DNA from: Methanothermobacter marburgensis str. Marburg
GTDB taxonomy: Archaea; Methanobacteriota; Methanobacteria; Methanobacteriales; Methanothermobacteraceae
NCBI RefSeq assembly: GCF_000145295.1
Contig: NC_014408.1
Location: forward strand, 540,001-572,000
Length of the DNA: 32,000 nt
Reading direction: 5' to 3'
Shown here in pieces: positions 1 to 8,199 of the stretch. Made by a program: the position numbers and the translations under genes. The notes under the pieces are model-generated. The model did no database searches, was not told the DNA's origin, and saw nothing but the letters and a program-made list of their open reading frames with translations. Within the stretch, counting starts at the first letter, position 1, and the number at the start of each line of letters is the position of its first letter.

Positions 1-47
1 GGTACTTGGAGGGTTTTATTTTGTTATCCGCCATGATAGGGTGTTAT

Positions 48-1268
48 TTATCGGAATTTAAGGTAATCAGGTACCGTGAGGCGGAGCTGCCTGGGGTGTG
101 ATGGTCTTCTCTCAGGGAGATCCATGTAGTCGTGGAGGCTGAATTCCCTGAATGCCGCAGCGGATTCACGTGGCACGTAGACACAGATATCTGCATGGTT
201 GAACCTTGCCTCCTTCAGCGCCCCCACCAGACTTGATATATGGCTCAGGTTCACGATGGAGTCCCCCACAGAAACCTGGGTCCTCATCTCATCAAATGCA
301 GGGTACTCGGGAAGGTTAACCACAACATAATCAGGGTCCAGGTCCATATCCTCTGCAATTTCCCTCTCGGCCTTTCTTATCTCAGCATCTGTGATCCTGA
401 ATACCCTGTGGGGGTCCTCTAGTTCATTGAGTTTCACAGAGTCCACGGTCTTGAGGAGGTCACGGTTATCCAGTCTCCGTATCATATCCCCTGCAAGTCC
501 ATCCTGATTTCTGCACATTACGATGAGGTCCATGTCGTCATACCGGTATATCCTGGACTCATCAAGCACCCCCTCAGATATGAGGCTCCTGAGGCACCTC
601 CTGAACATGGAGTTCACGATCCTCGTGGTGTGGTGCTGGTAGACGCTGGGATACATGAAGTACCTTGCAAGCAGGGCAGACTCTGCGGCCTGAACACCCT
701 TCCTGTCAAGGACAAGGTCGTTCTCCATCTTCATATTGTATATCAGCCTTTCAACGTCTATTATACCGTAGGCCACCCCTGTGTAGTGGGAGTCCCGCAG
801 CAGGTAATCCATCCTGTCAACGTCAAGCTCCCCGTTGATTGCCTGTCCAAGGACACCCTCACCCCTCAGTATCCTCATAACCTGTTCAAGGTCGAACTCC
901 TCTGATATTATCTCACCGAGCACAGATTCCCTTATGAGTTCCCTTGTGAGGCTCTCATGGGACCTTTCAAGAACACCCTCTGATACATGGGAGAATGGAC
1001 CGTGACCCACATCATGGAGGAGGGCGCAGAGCCTCAGTATACTCTTCTTTTCAGGTCCAAGGTTGAGGTGCTCTGCCAGCCTGGATGCCAGGTACATGGC
1101 ACCTATGGAGTGTTCAAACCTTGAATGGTTTGCCCCGGGGTATATCAGATTTGTGAATCCCAGCTGCTTTATCCTCCTGAGTCGCTGAAACTGGGGTGTG
1201 TCAACAACCCTCACCTCAAATTCGGTGAGTTTCAGGTTACCGTGGACGCTGTCCCTTATGAATTTCAT
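48..1268 (-). CDS. HD-domain metal-dependent phosphohydrolase (COG1078 / SAMHD1-dGTPase-like family)
   Basis: 406-aa ORF with ATG start. It has an N-terminal HD signature (RFEHSIG ... LLHDVGHGPFSH) and the DxD-type motif DVDRMDYLLRD typical of this family. Confidence 0.8.
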   Translation of the reverse strand: MKFIRDSVHGNLKLTEFEVRVVDTPQFQRLRRIKQLGFTNLIYPGANHSRFEHSIGAMYLASRLAEHLNLGPEKKSILRLCALLHDVGHGPFSHVSEGVLERSHESLTRELIRESVLGEIISEEFDLEQVMRILRGEGVLGQAINGELDVDRMDYLLRDSHYTGVAYGIIDVERLIYNMKMENDLVLDRKGVQAAESALLARYFMYPSVYQHHTTRIVNSMFRRCLRSLISEGVLDESRIYRYDDMDLIVMCRNQDGLAGDMIRRLDNRDLLKTVDSVKLNELEDPHRVFRITDAEIRKAEREIAEDMDLDPDYVVVNLPEYPAFDEMRTQVSVGDSIVNLSHISSLVGALKEARFNHADICVYVPRESAAAFREFSLHDYMDLPERRPSHPRQLRLTVPDYLKFR

Positions 1269-1278
1269 TTTAAGACTC

Positions 1279-1710
1279 CTAGCCGCCTGACATGATAACG
1301 TTCCTGCCGCTGGTGGTGTACTCCTCCTTTTTGAAGTCTATTTCATATTTTGTCCTCTCGATTATCTCTTTGAGGGCCTCAAGGGTTTCCCCGCGGTGGG
1401 GTCCTGCAACCGCCACCATGAAAAGGGTCTCTGATACGTAGAACTCCCCAACGTAGTGCACAACTGCCACGTCCCTCACAGGGTACTTCTCCATCACATC
1501 CTCCACTATCCCCTCCAGTTCCCTCTGGGCCTTTTCAATGTCAGGTGTTGTAAGTACAAGTTTCTCTGTCCTCTCATCATCAACACCACGGACGATACCC
1601 TCAAAGGTGAACACTGCTCCGCATTCATCAAGGTAGGGGCTCTTCTTCACATGTTCAAGGAGGTCATCCATTCTGAAGGCCTCCTTTTCATCTGTCACCA
1701 TGACCATCAT
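1279..1710 (-). CDS. MoaE-like protein (molybdopterin synthase large subunit family), ends in Gly-Gly
   Basis: MoaE-like pattern: GAVFTFEGIVRG, VAVAGPHRGE, KYEIDFKKEE. The track ORF starts at GTG 1719, directly after the NMNAT stop. ATG 1710 has an AGGTG SD 6 nt upstream, so I prefer it. Family assignment is by eye only. Confidence 0.55.
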   Translation of the reverse strand: MMVMVTDEKEAFRMDDLLEHVKKSPYLDECGAVFTFEGIVRGVDDERTEKLVLTTPDIEKAQRELEGIVEDVMEKYPVRDVAVVHYVGEFYVSETLFMVAVAGPHRGETLEALKEIIERTKYEIDFKKEEYTTSGRNVIMSGG

Positions 1711-1719
1711 TTCTGACAC

Positions 1720-2247
<528 letters not shown>

Positions 2248-2421
2248 TCATATCACCGCATAAAGGTTATTATGTCAGTAAAACTATTAGAACTATAGTG
2301 GTTCTAGTATATATTCATGGCAGCACGTTGCTGTAACGATTGAAATTTCCGCTGGCAGTTTTTCAGGCACTGCCATGAGCTGGTATCCATTGAACCTTGA
2401 AGGAATGGTTGCGGTGATGCA

Positions 2422-4128
2422 ATGATAAGGGTGGAGAACCTGACAAAGACCTATAAACTTGAGAATGGAGATGAATTCAGGGCACTTTCTGATGTTAACC
2501 TTGAGGTTTCTGAGGGAGAAATACTGGGAATACTTGGAATGAGCGGTTCAGGTAAGACGACACTTCTGAGGATCCTGAGGGGTGTTGAACCCTTTGATTC
2601 AGGGAGGATAACCCTGGATGATGTAACCGTTGAGGCTGATTCAGGACAGTACTACTTCTCAAAGCTCAAAAAGAAGACTGCGATTCACCTCCAGAGGTCA
2701 TTTGGTCTCTGGTCGGAGACCGCCCTTCAGAATGTCATAAGGAAGCTGTACGCTGCAAAATATGGTGACGAGTCCATGACGGACTTTGACTTCGCCTATG
2801 ATGAATTCGGTGAAGAGGCAATGGAACTCCTAAGGGTGGTTGGACTCGACCACAAGGCCGAGCACTTTGCACCTGTCCTCAGCGGTGGCGAGAAGCAGAG
2901 GCTCATAATGGCCAGGCAACTTGCAAAAAAACCCAGGGTACTCCTTCTTGATGAACCCGCAACCATGTCATGCCCTGGGACAAAGCAGGAGATACTGGAT
3001 GCCATAAAGAACATCAACAGGGAACTGGGTGTCACGGTGGTGCTGGTCTCACACCTGCCTGAAGTCCACAAGTACCTTGCAGACCGTCTGGTTCTCATGG
3101 AGGACGGGCGCATCGTTGATGAGGGGGAACCAAAGAGGATTATAGAGAGGTTCATGAGGGACATTGAGCCCCCGGTTGACTACACACCCCCCAGCTCAGA
3201 GAGGGAGATCCTCAGGGTCAGGGACCTGTCCAAGAGGTTTGTACTCCTCAAGGGCGGGGCAGTCCTTGAGATGAGGGATGTTAACCTTGATATCAGGGAG
3301 GGTGAGATAGTATCCATAATAGGGCCCAGTGGGGCCGGCAAAACGGTGCTCCTCCGGATGATCGGTGGACTGGACCTTCCTGATGAGGGTACGGTGGAGT
3401 TCAGGCTCAACAGTGAATGGGTTAACATGCATGAACCTGGCGTTAAAAGGATGGGTGTAAGGAGGAAGATGGGTTTCATGCATCAGGAGTTTGCCCTTTT
3501 ACATCACGCCACCATAAGGAGCCAGATAGCCTCAAGACTCGGTGTGAAGGGTGAACATGTCGTTGCAGAGGCAAGGAAGAGGGCCGAGGAGCTTGGGATA
3601 AGTGATATGGTCCTTGATGTGCTCTACCAGCTCACGGATCTTCCTGAAACAGAGGCCCGCTACAGGCTTGAGAAACTTGGCCTCTCACCTGAGATACTTG
3701 AGGAACTCTTCCCTAGTTTCCCTGACAGTGAGGTTAAAAAGTACGCTGAGCCCATATTCAGGGCCCTGGACCTCCCCATGGACATACTTGACAGGAGATC
3801 CTATGAGCTCTCAGGTGGTGAGCGGGTGAGGGCGACCCTTGCCCTTGTCCTTGCATCAAGGCCCGATGTCCTCGTCCTTGATGAGCCGTTCGGGGACCTT
3901 GACCCCATAACACTCAGGATGGTTTCAAATTCCCTCAAGAGGATTAACATGGAGTTCGGGACAACCATAATCATGGTGAGCCACCATGTGGATTTCATAA
4001 GGGAGCTCAGCACAAGGGCTGTGATGGTTGAGGACGGCCGTCTTGTAATGGACGGTGAACCAGATGGCCTCTGCAACGAGTTTGTTGAAAGGAGCCATGC
4101 AAAATACCTTCAGAGGGTTAAGGGGTGA
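2422..4128 (+). CDS. atwA: Methyl-coenzyme M reductase system component A2 (tandem ABC ATPase, no membrane domain)
   Basis: 568 aa with two ABC cassettes: Walker A GMSGSGKTT and GPSGAGKTV, signature LSGGEKQR and LSGGERVR, Walker B LLLDEP and LVLDEP. GGTGAT SD lies at 2413-2418. Size and architecture match AtwA of methanogens. Confidence 0.85.
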   Translation: MIRVENLTKTYKLENGDEFRALSDVNLEVSEGEILGILGMSGSGKTTLLRILRGVEPFDSGRITLDDVTVEADSGQYYFSKLKKKTAIHLQRSFGLWSETALQNVIRKLYAAKYGDESMTDFDFAYDEFGEEAMELLRVVGLDHKAEHFAPVLSGGEKQRLIMARQLAKKPRVLLLDEPATMSCPGTKQEILDAIKNINRELGVTVVLVSHLPEVHKYLADRLVLMEDGRIVDEGEPKRIIERFMRDIEPPVDYTPPSSEREILRVRDLSKRFVLLKGGAVLEMRDVNLDIREGEIVSIIGPSGAGKTVLLRMIGGLDLPDEGTVEFRLNSEWVNMHEPGVKRMGVRRKMGFMHQEFALLHHATIRSQIASRLGVKGEHVVAEARKRAEELGISDMVLDVLYQLTDLPETEARYRLEKLGLSPEILEELFPSFPDSEVKKYAEPIFRALDLPMDILDRRSYELSGGERVRATLALVLASRPDVLVLDEPFGDLDPITLRMVSNSLKRINMEFGTTIIMVSHHVDFIRELSTRAVMVEDGRLVMDGEPDGLCNEFVERSHAKYLQRVKG

Positions 4129-4133
4129 TATAG

Positions 4134-4685
4134 GTGGAATTTGAGAATTTTCCCATTGAGAATGCACACAGAATACTTACTCCAAGGCCGACCGTCATTG
4201 TAACAACGGTGGATGGGGAGGGGAATATAAATGCGGCCCCATTTTCCTTCACCATGCCGGTGTCAATTGACCCCCCAATTGTGGCGTTTGCATCTGCACC
4301 GGACCACCACACAGCAGTGAATGTTGAGGACACCCATGAGTTTGTACTTAACATAACGCCGGTGGATATAATTGATGAGATGTGGATAACCGCCAGGGAT
4401 CTCCCGGCGGGTGAGAATGAACTTGAGGCCGCCGGTCTTAACTGGATTCCATCGAAGAGGGTTAAGCCCCCAAGGATAGCCGAGGCGGTCGCGCACCTTG
4501 AATGTGAACTCCTCCGGATGTGTGAGGTTGGCGACCACAACCTCATAGTGGGCTCAGTTGTGAATGCATCGGTCTGCTCTGGATGCATAAGGGATGGGCT
4601 CCTTGATGTTGAATTGGTTAAGCCAGTCCTCCATGTGGGCGGCACAGTGTTTGTTGTGGGGGATCATGTGAGGCGGATTGAATAG
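4134..4685 (+). CDS. Flavin reductase-like FMN-binding protein (flavoredoxin family)
   Basis: 183 aa. N-terminus [27 protein letters not shown] is typical of the flavin reductase-like split-barrel domain. GTG start lies 5 nt after the atwA stop, with GGGGTGA as SD. Confidence 0.75.
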   Translation: MEFENFPIENAHRILTPRPTVIVTTVDGEGNINAAPFSFTMPVSIDPPIVAFASAPDHHTAVNVEDTHEFVLNITPVDIIDEMWITARDLPAGENELEAAGLNWIPSKRVKPPRIAEAVAHLECELLRMCEVGDHNLIVGSVVNASVCSGCIRDGLLDVELVKPVLHVGGTVFVVGDHVRRIE

Positions 4686-4695
4686 GTGGTTTGTG

Positions 4696-5091
4696 ATGTT
4701 TGAGAGGATAATGGTCCCAACCGATGGTTCAGAGTATGCAGCAAAGGCAGAGGATCTTGCCATTGAACTTGCAGGGCGTCTAGGGTCCGTGGTTGTTGCT
4801 GTGCATGTTATCGATGAAAAGCTGATCTACCCCTTCGATGTCCTTGAGGATGAGGGAAAGGAGATCCTGGCGGCTGTGCAGAGGAAGGGCAGGGAGGCCG
4901 GTGTCCAGGTGGATGAGGTCCTGGTATTTGGGAGCCCGGCGCATGATATGAAGAAGATCTCTGAGAAGACAGGGGCGGATCTCGTGGTTATCGCATCCCA
5001 TGGGCGTTCAGGTTTTGAGAAGCTTCTGATGGGCAGTGTGGCCGAGACCACCCTCAAGACGGTTGAGGTACCGGTACTACTTGTTAAATAA
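4696..5091 (+). CDS. Universal stress protein (UspA family, ATP-binding type)
   Basis: MFERIMVPTDGS start is typical of Usp, and SHGRSGFEKLLMGSVAE matches the G-x2-G-x9-G(S/T) ATP motif. The track ORF starts at TTG 4678. ATG 4696 follows an AGGTGG SD (4684-4689). Confidence 0.8.
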   Translation: MFERIMVPTDGSEYAAKAEDLAIELAGRLGSVVVAVHVIDEKLIYPFDVLEDEGKEILAAVQRKGREAGVQVDEVLVFGSPAHDMKKISEKTGADLVVIASHGRSGFEKLLMGSVAETTLKTVEVPVLLVK

Positions 5092-5092
5092 A

Positions 5093-5117
5093 CCTTCCTT
5101 TTTCGCTCACCGAAAGG
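5093..5117 (+). terminator. Short hairpin plus T-run after usp
   Basis: cctttttcgctcaccgaaagg: CCTTT/AAAGG stem with a T5 run, directly after the usp stop at 5091. Confidence 0.35.
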
Positions 5118-5130
5118 TATATATAAAGGG

Positions 5131-5164
5131 TATATCATTATATGATATATCAAAATTTGATATA
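5131..5164. promoter_or_regulatory. Two overlapping AT-rich palindromes downstream of a TATA-like box (tatatataaag at about 5118-5128)
   Basis: TATATCAT-tat-ATGATATA (5131-5149) and TATATCAAA-a-TTTGATATA (5146-5164), both verified by hand. They lie 25-58 nt upstream of the ATG at 5189. Confidence 0.45.
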
Positions 5165-5188
5165 TAGTATTTCGATGTATGAGGTGTT

Positions 5189-5377
5189 ATGTTGAGAAGG
5201 GTGTTTAGAGGAATCCGGGAGTACCTTACGGACTGGAAGAACCTGTTAACCCATACTGTTGTGGGTGTGCTTATACTTGCAGTTGCGGTTTATGCCCCTG
5301 TAAGTCCTTATGTGAGGATGGGTTTTGTTGGGTGTGTTGTGGGCTTCAATGTGGTGAGGATGAAGTATTTTGACTGA
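5189..5377 (+). CDS. Small hydrophobic protein, unknown function (62 aa, 1-2 predicted TM segments)
   Basis: ATG is preceded by GAGGTG SD (5181-5186). Hydrophobic core is VVGVLILAVAVYAPV ... GFVGCVVGF. I recognise no homology. Confidence 0.4.
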   Translation: MLRRVFRGIREYLTDWKNLLTHTVVGVLILAVAVYAPVSPYVRMGFVGCVVGFNVVRMKYFD

Positions 5378-5432
5378 AAAAATTAACATTTTCTTATTTA
5401 TTTTCATGATAAAAATGTAAAATGGGGGTTTT
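5378..5432. terminator. Convergent intergenic spacer with T-runs on both strands (candidate bidirectional terminator)
   Basis: + strand: cattttcttatttatttt. - strand: attttacatttttatc and taatttttt. It lies between the small ORF and the adhesin-like gene. Confidence 0.35.
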
Positions 5433-7946
5433 TTAGATACTCACGTAGCTGGGGAGTTTCCTGTAACTTCCATAAAATCCCAGGACTTTACTGTAGAGGT
5501 AAACGAGTCTTGTGAAGGGTATTTTCCCATAACTGGTTGTTGCGTATTTGGGTGCCGTTGTGTATCTGTTTATTGAGTTTCTTATGGTGATTGCTGTGGA
5601 TATGTAAAGTGATTTTGAGAGTCTGATTGATCTGGTGGTTCCTGTTGAGCCTGTGTAGCCTACGGTTCGTGTGCTGAGTGGTTTCAGGTTGCCTGCGTTG
5701 ATCTGGATGGTTGCACGCACAAGGAGGTCCAGGAGCTGTGCCATTGTGAATTTTTTTCCTGAGATTGTCACTGAGGATGGGAGTCTTTTATAGCGTGCAT
5801 AGTATTTTATGACAGAATTTGCAGTTCCTGCAAGCTGGTTTATTGTTATACCTGCAGTTACCAGTTTAGGTGGGAGTGTGCCGATGGTTACATTGTAGGT
5901 TCCTGGTTGGGTGATTGTTAGTGTGAATTCGATTGTTTTTGTTTCTCCGGGGTTTAGGGTGGTTGTCTGGTTTTGTATGGATCTCTGGTTTACCTTGAGG
6001 GTTGCTGTGTAATCGCCTGCAAAGTCTCCTGTGTTGGTGATCATGGCTTTTATTCTGATGTTGAGTGGTGTTGTTCCGGTTGTGGGTGTGACTGTTAAGT
6101 TGGTTAGTGCGAATGTGGCTGGTTTCAGGACTGTGACTGTGGTGTTTAGTGTTTCGTTGTCAACTTTGGCACATACCGTGGCAACACCCTTGGTATTTAG
6201 GTCGGTTAGTGTTGAGGTGGCTGTGCCATCTGTGAAGTTTGTGTCTTCTATCGAGCCGGGGGTTGTGGAGAAGTTTGCGGGACCTGTGTAGGGAACTAGG
6301 CCTTCAGATGGATCATGCAGTGCTCCGTCACTGTCGTGGTGGAGGTCCGCGGTTATCTGTGAGGTTCCACCTATCAGGACTGTGCCAGGGTTGGCATTGA
6401 TGCTCAGGACGATCCATGGGTTGTATGTTACACTTCCTGAGACAAGGATTGAGAAGTCTGGGGTGTTGGAGCCCCACCAGTTGAATCGGGCATCCACAGT
6501 ATTATCTGCGTAGACATTTAGATCTGTCCGGTCCGGGTTGTTGAATATCCGGCAGAACATGATTCTGGCTGGCGCCGGGCAATCACGCACAAGTATTGCC
6601 CCAGCAAGGGATGCTGTGTTATTGGTGAGTGTGGTGTTCGTTATTGTTACCGTTGAGTCATATGCGTGTATTGCTCCTCCAAGGGTTGCTGTGTTGTTGT
6701 TTAGTGTGCTGTTATATATCGTTAGATTGGAGGAACTTGCGTATATTGCCCCTCCACCTCCTTCTTCTTCTATGTAGGTTGCTGTGTTGTTGTTTAGTGT
6801 GCTGTTATATATCGTTAGATTGGAGGAACTTGCGTATATTACTCCTCCCCACTTTGGTGCTGTGTTGTTGTTTAGTGTGCTGTTCTCTATCGTTACTGTG
6901 GAGCAAAATGCCAGTACTGCTCCTCCATAGGTTGCTGTGTTGTTGTTTAGTGTGCTGTTTCTTATTGTTAATTTGGAGTAGTAATATGTGTGTATTGCTC
7001 CCCCTCCACCTCCTTCTCCCAAAAAGGTTGCTGTGTTGTTGTTTAGTGCGCTGTTCTCTATCGGTACTGTAGAGAAATAGGTGGCGAATATTGCTCCTCC
7101 AATGGGTGCTGTGTTGTTGTTTAGTGTGCTGTTTCTTATTGTTAATTTGGAGTAGTAATATGTGCGTATTGCCCCCCCGCATCCTTCCAACTTTGTTGCT
7201 GTATTATTGTTTAGTGCGCTGTTCTCTATCGTTACTGTGGTGGTGGAATGTGTGCATATTGCTCCTCCATGGGTTGCTGTGTTGTTGTTTAGTGTGCTGT
7301 TTCTTATTGTTAATGTGGAGTAAATATATGAGTATATTGCTCCTCCATGGGTTGCTGTGTTGTTGTTTAGTGCGCTGTTTTCTATCGTTACTGTAGAGAA
7401 AGAGTCCGCGCTCATTGCTCCTCCGTAGGTTGCTGTGTTGTTGTTTAGTGCGCTGTTTTCTATCGTTACTGTGGAGAACTCTGCATGTACTGCTCCACCT
7501 GAAACTGCTGTGTTGTTTAGGAGTAGGCAGTTTTCGATTTTTAGGTTTGCATTGGATATATGTACTGGCCCAGAGGTGGTTGAGTAGGCGTTTCTGATTG
7601 TGAGGTTTGATAGTTTTAGGTTCTTTGTGATTGTGAATAAGGACGGGTTTCCTTCAAGTTTTATGACGGTACCCTCTTTTGTCTGACCGGTGATTGTCAG
7701 GTTCTTGTTGAGGGTCACACCCCGGTTATTTGGGCCGGTGTATTCGCCGTCTGCAAGCCATATAACGTCATTGTCTGCGGCCGATCCAGTTGCATTCTTT
7801 ATGGTGGCCTTTGCTGCTGCCCATGAGAGTCCGTCATTGTTGTCATCCCCCCCAGTGGAATTAACATAGATATCCACTGCACTGGCCGTGCCAGAAAAGG
7901 CTATCGCAATAAGACCCAGTAAAATTAAAGGAAGATATCTTTTCAT
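5433..7946 (-). CDS. Cell-wall-anchored adhesin-like surface protein (signal peptide, PMP-type beta-helix repeats, CARDB-like domain, two C-terminal pseudomurein-binding repeats)
   Basis: 837 aa with signal peptide MKRYLPLILLGLIAIAFSGTASA. About 12 units of (I/V)xN(S)xLNNNTAxxGGAI follow. A CARDB-like segment reads ITNTGDFAGDYTATLKVN...LNPGETKTIEF...GTYNV. The C-terminus has YKRLPSSVTISGKKFTMAQLLDLL and YRKLPSYVSI, as in PMBR repeats. Confidence 0.85.
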   Translation of the reverse strand: MKRYLPLILLGLIAIAFSGTASAVDIYVNSTGGDDNNDGLSWAAAKATIKNATGSAADNDVIWLADGEYTGPNNRGVTLNKNLTITGQTKEGTVIKLEGNPSLFTITKNLKLSNLTIRNAYSTTSGPVHISNANLKIENCLLLNNTAVSGGAVHAEFSTVTIENSALNNNTATYGGAMSADSFSTVTIENSALNNNTATHGGAIYSYIYSTLTIRNSTLNNNTATHGGAICTHSTTTVTIENSALNNNTATKLEGCGGAIRTYYYSKLTIRNSTLNNNTAPIGGAIFATYFSTVPIENSALNNNTATFLGEGGGGGAIHTYYYSKLTIRNSTLNNNTATYGGAVLAFCSTVTIENSTLNNNTAPKWGGVIYASSSNLTIYNSTLNNNTATYIEEEGGGGAIYASSSNLTIYNSTLNNNTATLGGAIHAYDSTVTITNTTLTNNTASLAGAILVRDCPAPARIMFCRIFNNPDRTDLNVYADNTVDARFNWWGSNTPDFSILVSGSVTYNPWIVLSINANPGTVLIGGTSQITADLHHDSDGALHDPSEGLVPYTGPANFSTTPGSIEDTNFTDGTATSTLTDLNTKGVATVCAKVDNETLNTTVTVLKPATFALTNLTVTPTTGTTPLNIRIKAMITNTGDFAGDYTATLKVNQRSIQNQTTTLNPGETKTIEFTLTITQPGTYNVTIGTLPPKLVTAGITINQLAGTANSVIKYYARYKRLPSSVTISGKKFTMAQLLDLLVRATIQINAGNLKPLSTRTVGYTGSTGTTRSIRLSKSLYISTAITIRNSINRYTTAPKYATTSYGKIPFTRLVYLYSKVLGFYGSYRKLPSYVSI
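6684..6840. repeat. Perfect 64-nt direct repeat pair (6684-6747 and 6777-6840, offset 93 nt)
   Basis: Character-by-character comparison gave identical 64-mers: ggttgctgtgttgttgtttagtgtgctgttatatatcgttagattggaggaacttgcgtatatt. Confidence 0.9.
6933..7164. repeat. Perfect 58-nt direct repeat pair (6933-6990 and 7107-7164, offset 174 nt)
   Basis: Identical 58-mers by manual comparison: tgctgtgttgttgtttagtgtgctgtttcttattgttaatttggagtagtaatatgtg. The offset equals two protein repeat units. Confidence 0.9.
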
Positions 7947-8185
7947 TAAATCAACTCTAAGTCTTGCCCGTACCTTTGGTACAATGTATAATATCGTTTT
8001 GGGAACTATTAAAGTTTTTTAGAAACCTTTAAATTTAGCCAAAATATTAGAAGGATTTTTTCACTGAATTTTTAAACCATGTTACTGTTCAGCAATTTAT
8101 TTTGTTTCTCTGACCTCTTGATGGGTCTCCCCTCAAGAAGGCAATTTGATGATTTAAAGGTTTTCATGGAAACTTCATAGATAAT

Positions 8186-8199
8186 TTTAAATATTTAAA
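8186..8199 (+). promoter_or_regulatory. Candidate TATA box of the rubredoxin-sod operon (perfect 14-nt palindrome TTTAAATATTTAAA)
   Basis: AT-rich TATA-like element about 50 nt upstream of the TTG start at 8248. A transcription start about 25 nt downstream would leave a short leader carrying the AAAGGTG SD. Confidence 0.4.

Larger units (their letters stand above)
6540..7560 (-). repeat. In-frame tandem coding repeats (about 66-93 nt units, alternating ENSALNNNTAT / RNSTLNNNTAT types) inside the adhesin-like gene
   Basis: The DNA core tgctgtgttgttgtttagtg(t/c)gctgtt recurs about a dozen times on the + strand. The protein repeat is visible in the translation. Confidence 0.9.

Noticed and set aside
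48-1268. HD-domain dNTPase-like protein as a possible anti-viral dNTP-depletion defence gene
   Set aside because: It sits in a housekeeping context (MoaE-like, NMNAT) with host-like composition and no neighbouring defence or mobile genes. This HD family is broadly conserved in archaea. Nothing in the sequence supports a defence role.
2422-4128. Tandem ABC ATPase without a permease, considered as a transporter fragment, ABC-F factor or defence ATPase
   Set aside because: The size, double-cassette layout and methanogen context fit MCR component A2 (AtwA), which naturally lacks membrane partners.
4118-4645. 175-aa minus-strand ORF, with similar antisense ORFs at 2796-3164, 3180-3483, 9146-9493, 12979-13263, 19536-20112 and 26686-27186
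   Set aside because: All lie wholly inside stronger sense-strand genes with clear family motifs. They have low-complexity Ser/Pro/Arg-rich translations and no SD.
6540-7560. Regularly spaced about 28-nt conserved core resembling a CRISPR repeat-spacer array
   Set aside because: The units are in-frame within an intact 837-aa ORF. The spacers are themselves related to each other, the period varies (66-93 nt), and no cas genes or leader are nearby.
6538-7597. Series of + strand ORFs with striking LLCCCLVCC / Cys-Leu-rich repeats
   Set aside because: They are the antisense reading of the NNNTA/GGAI coding repeats of the adhesin-like gene. The periodicity is inherited from the real gene, which has a signal peptide and recognisable domains.
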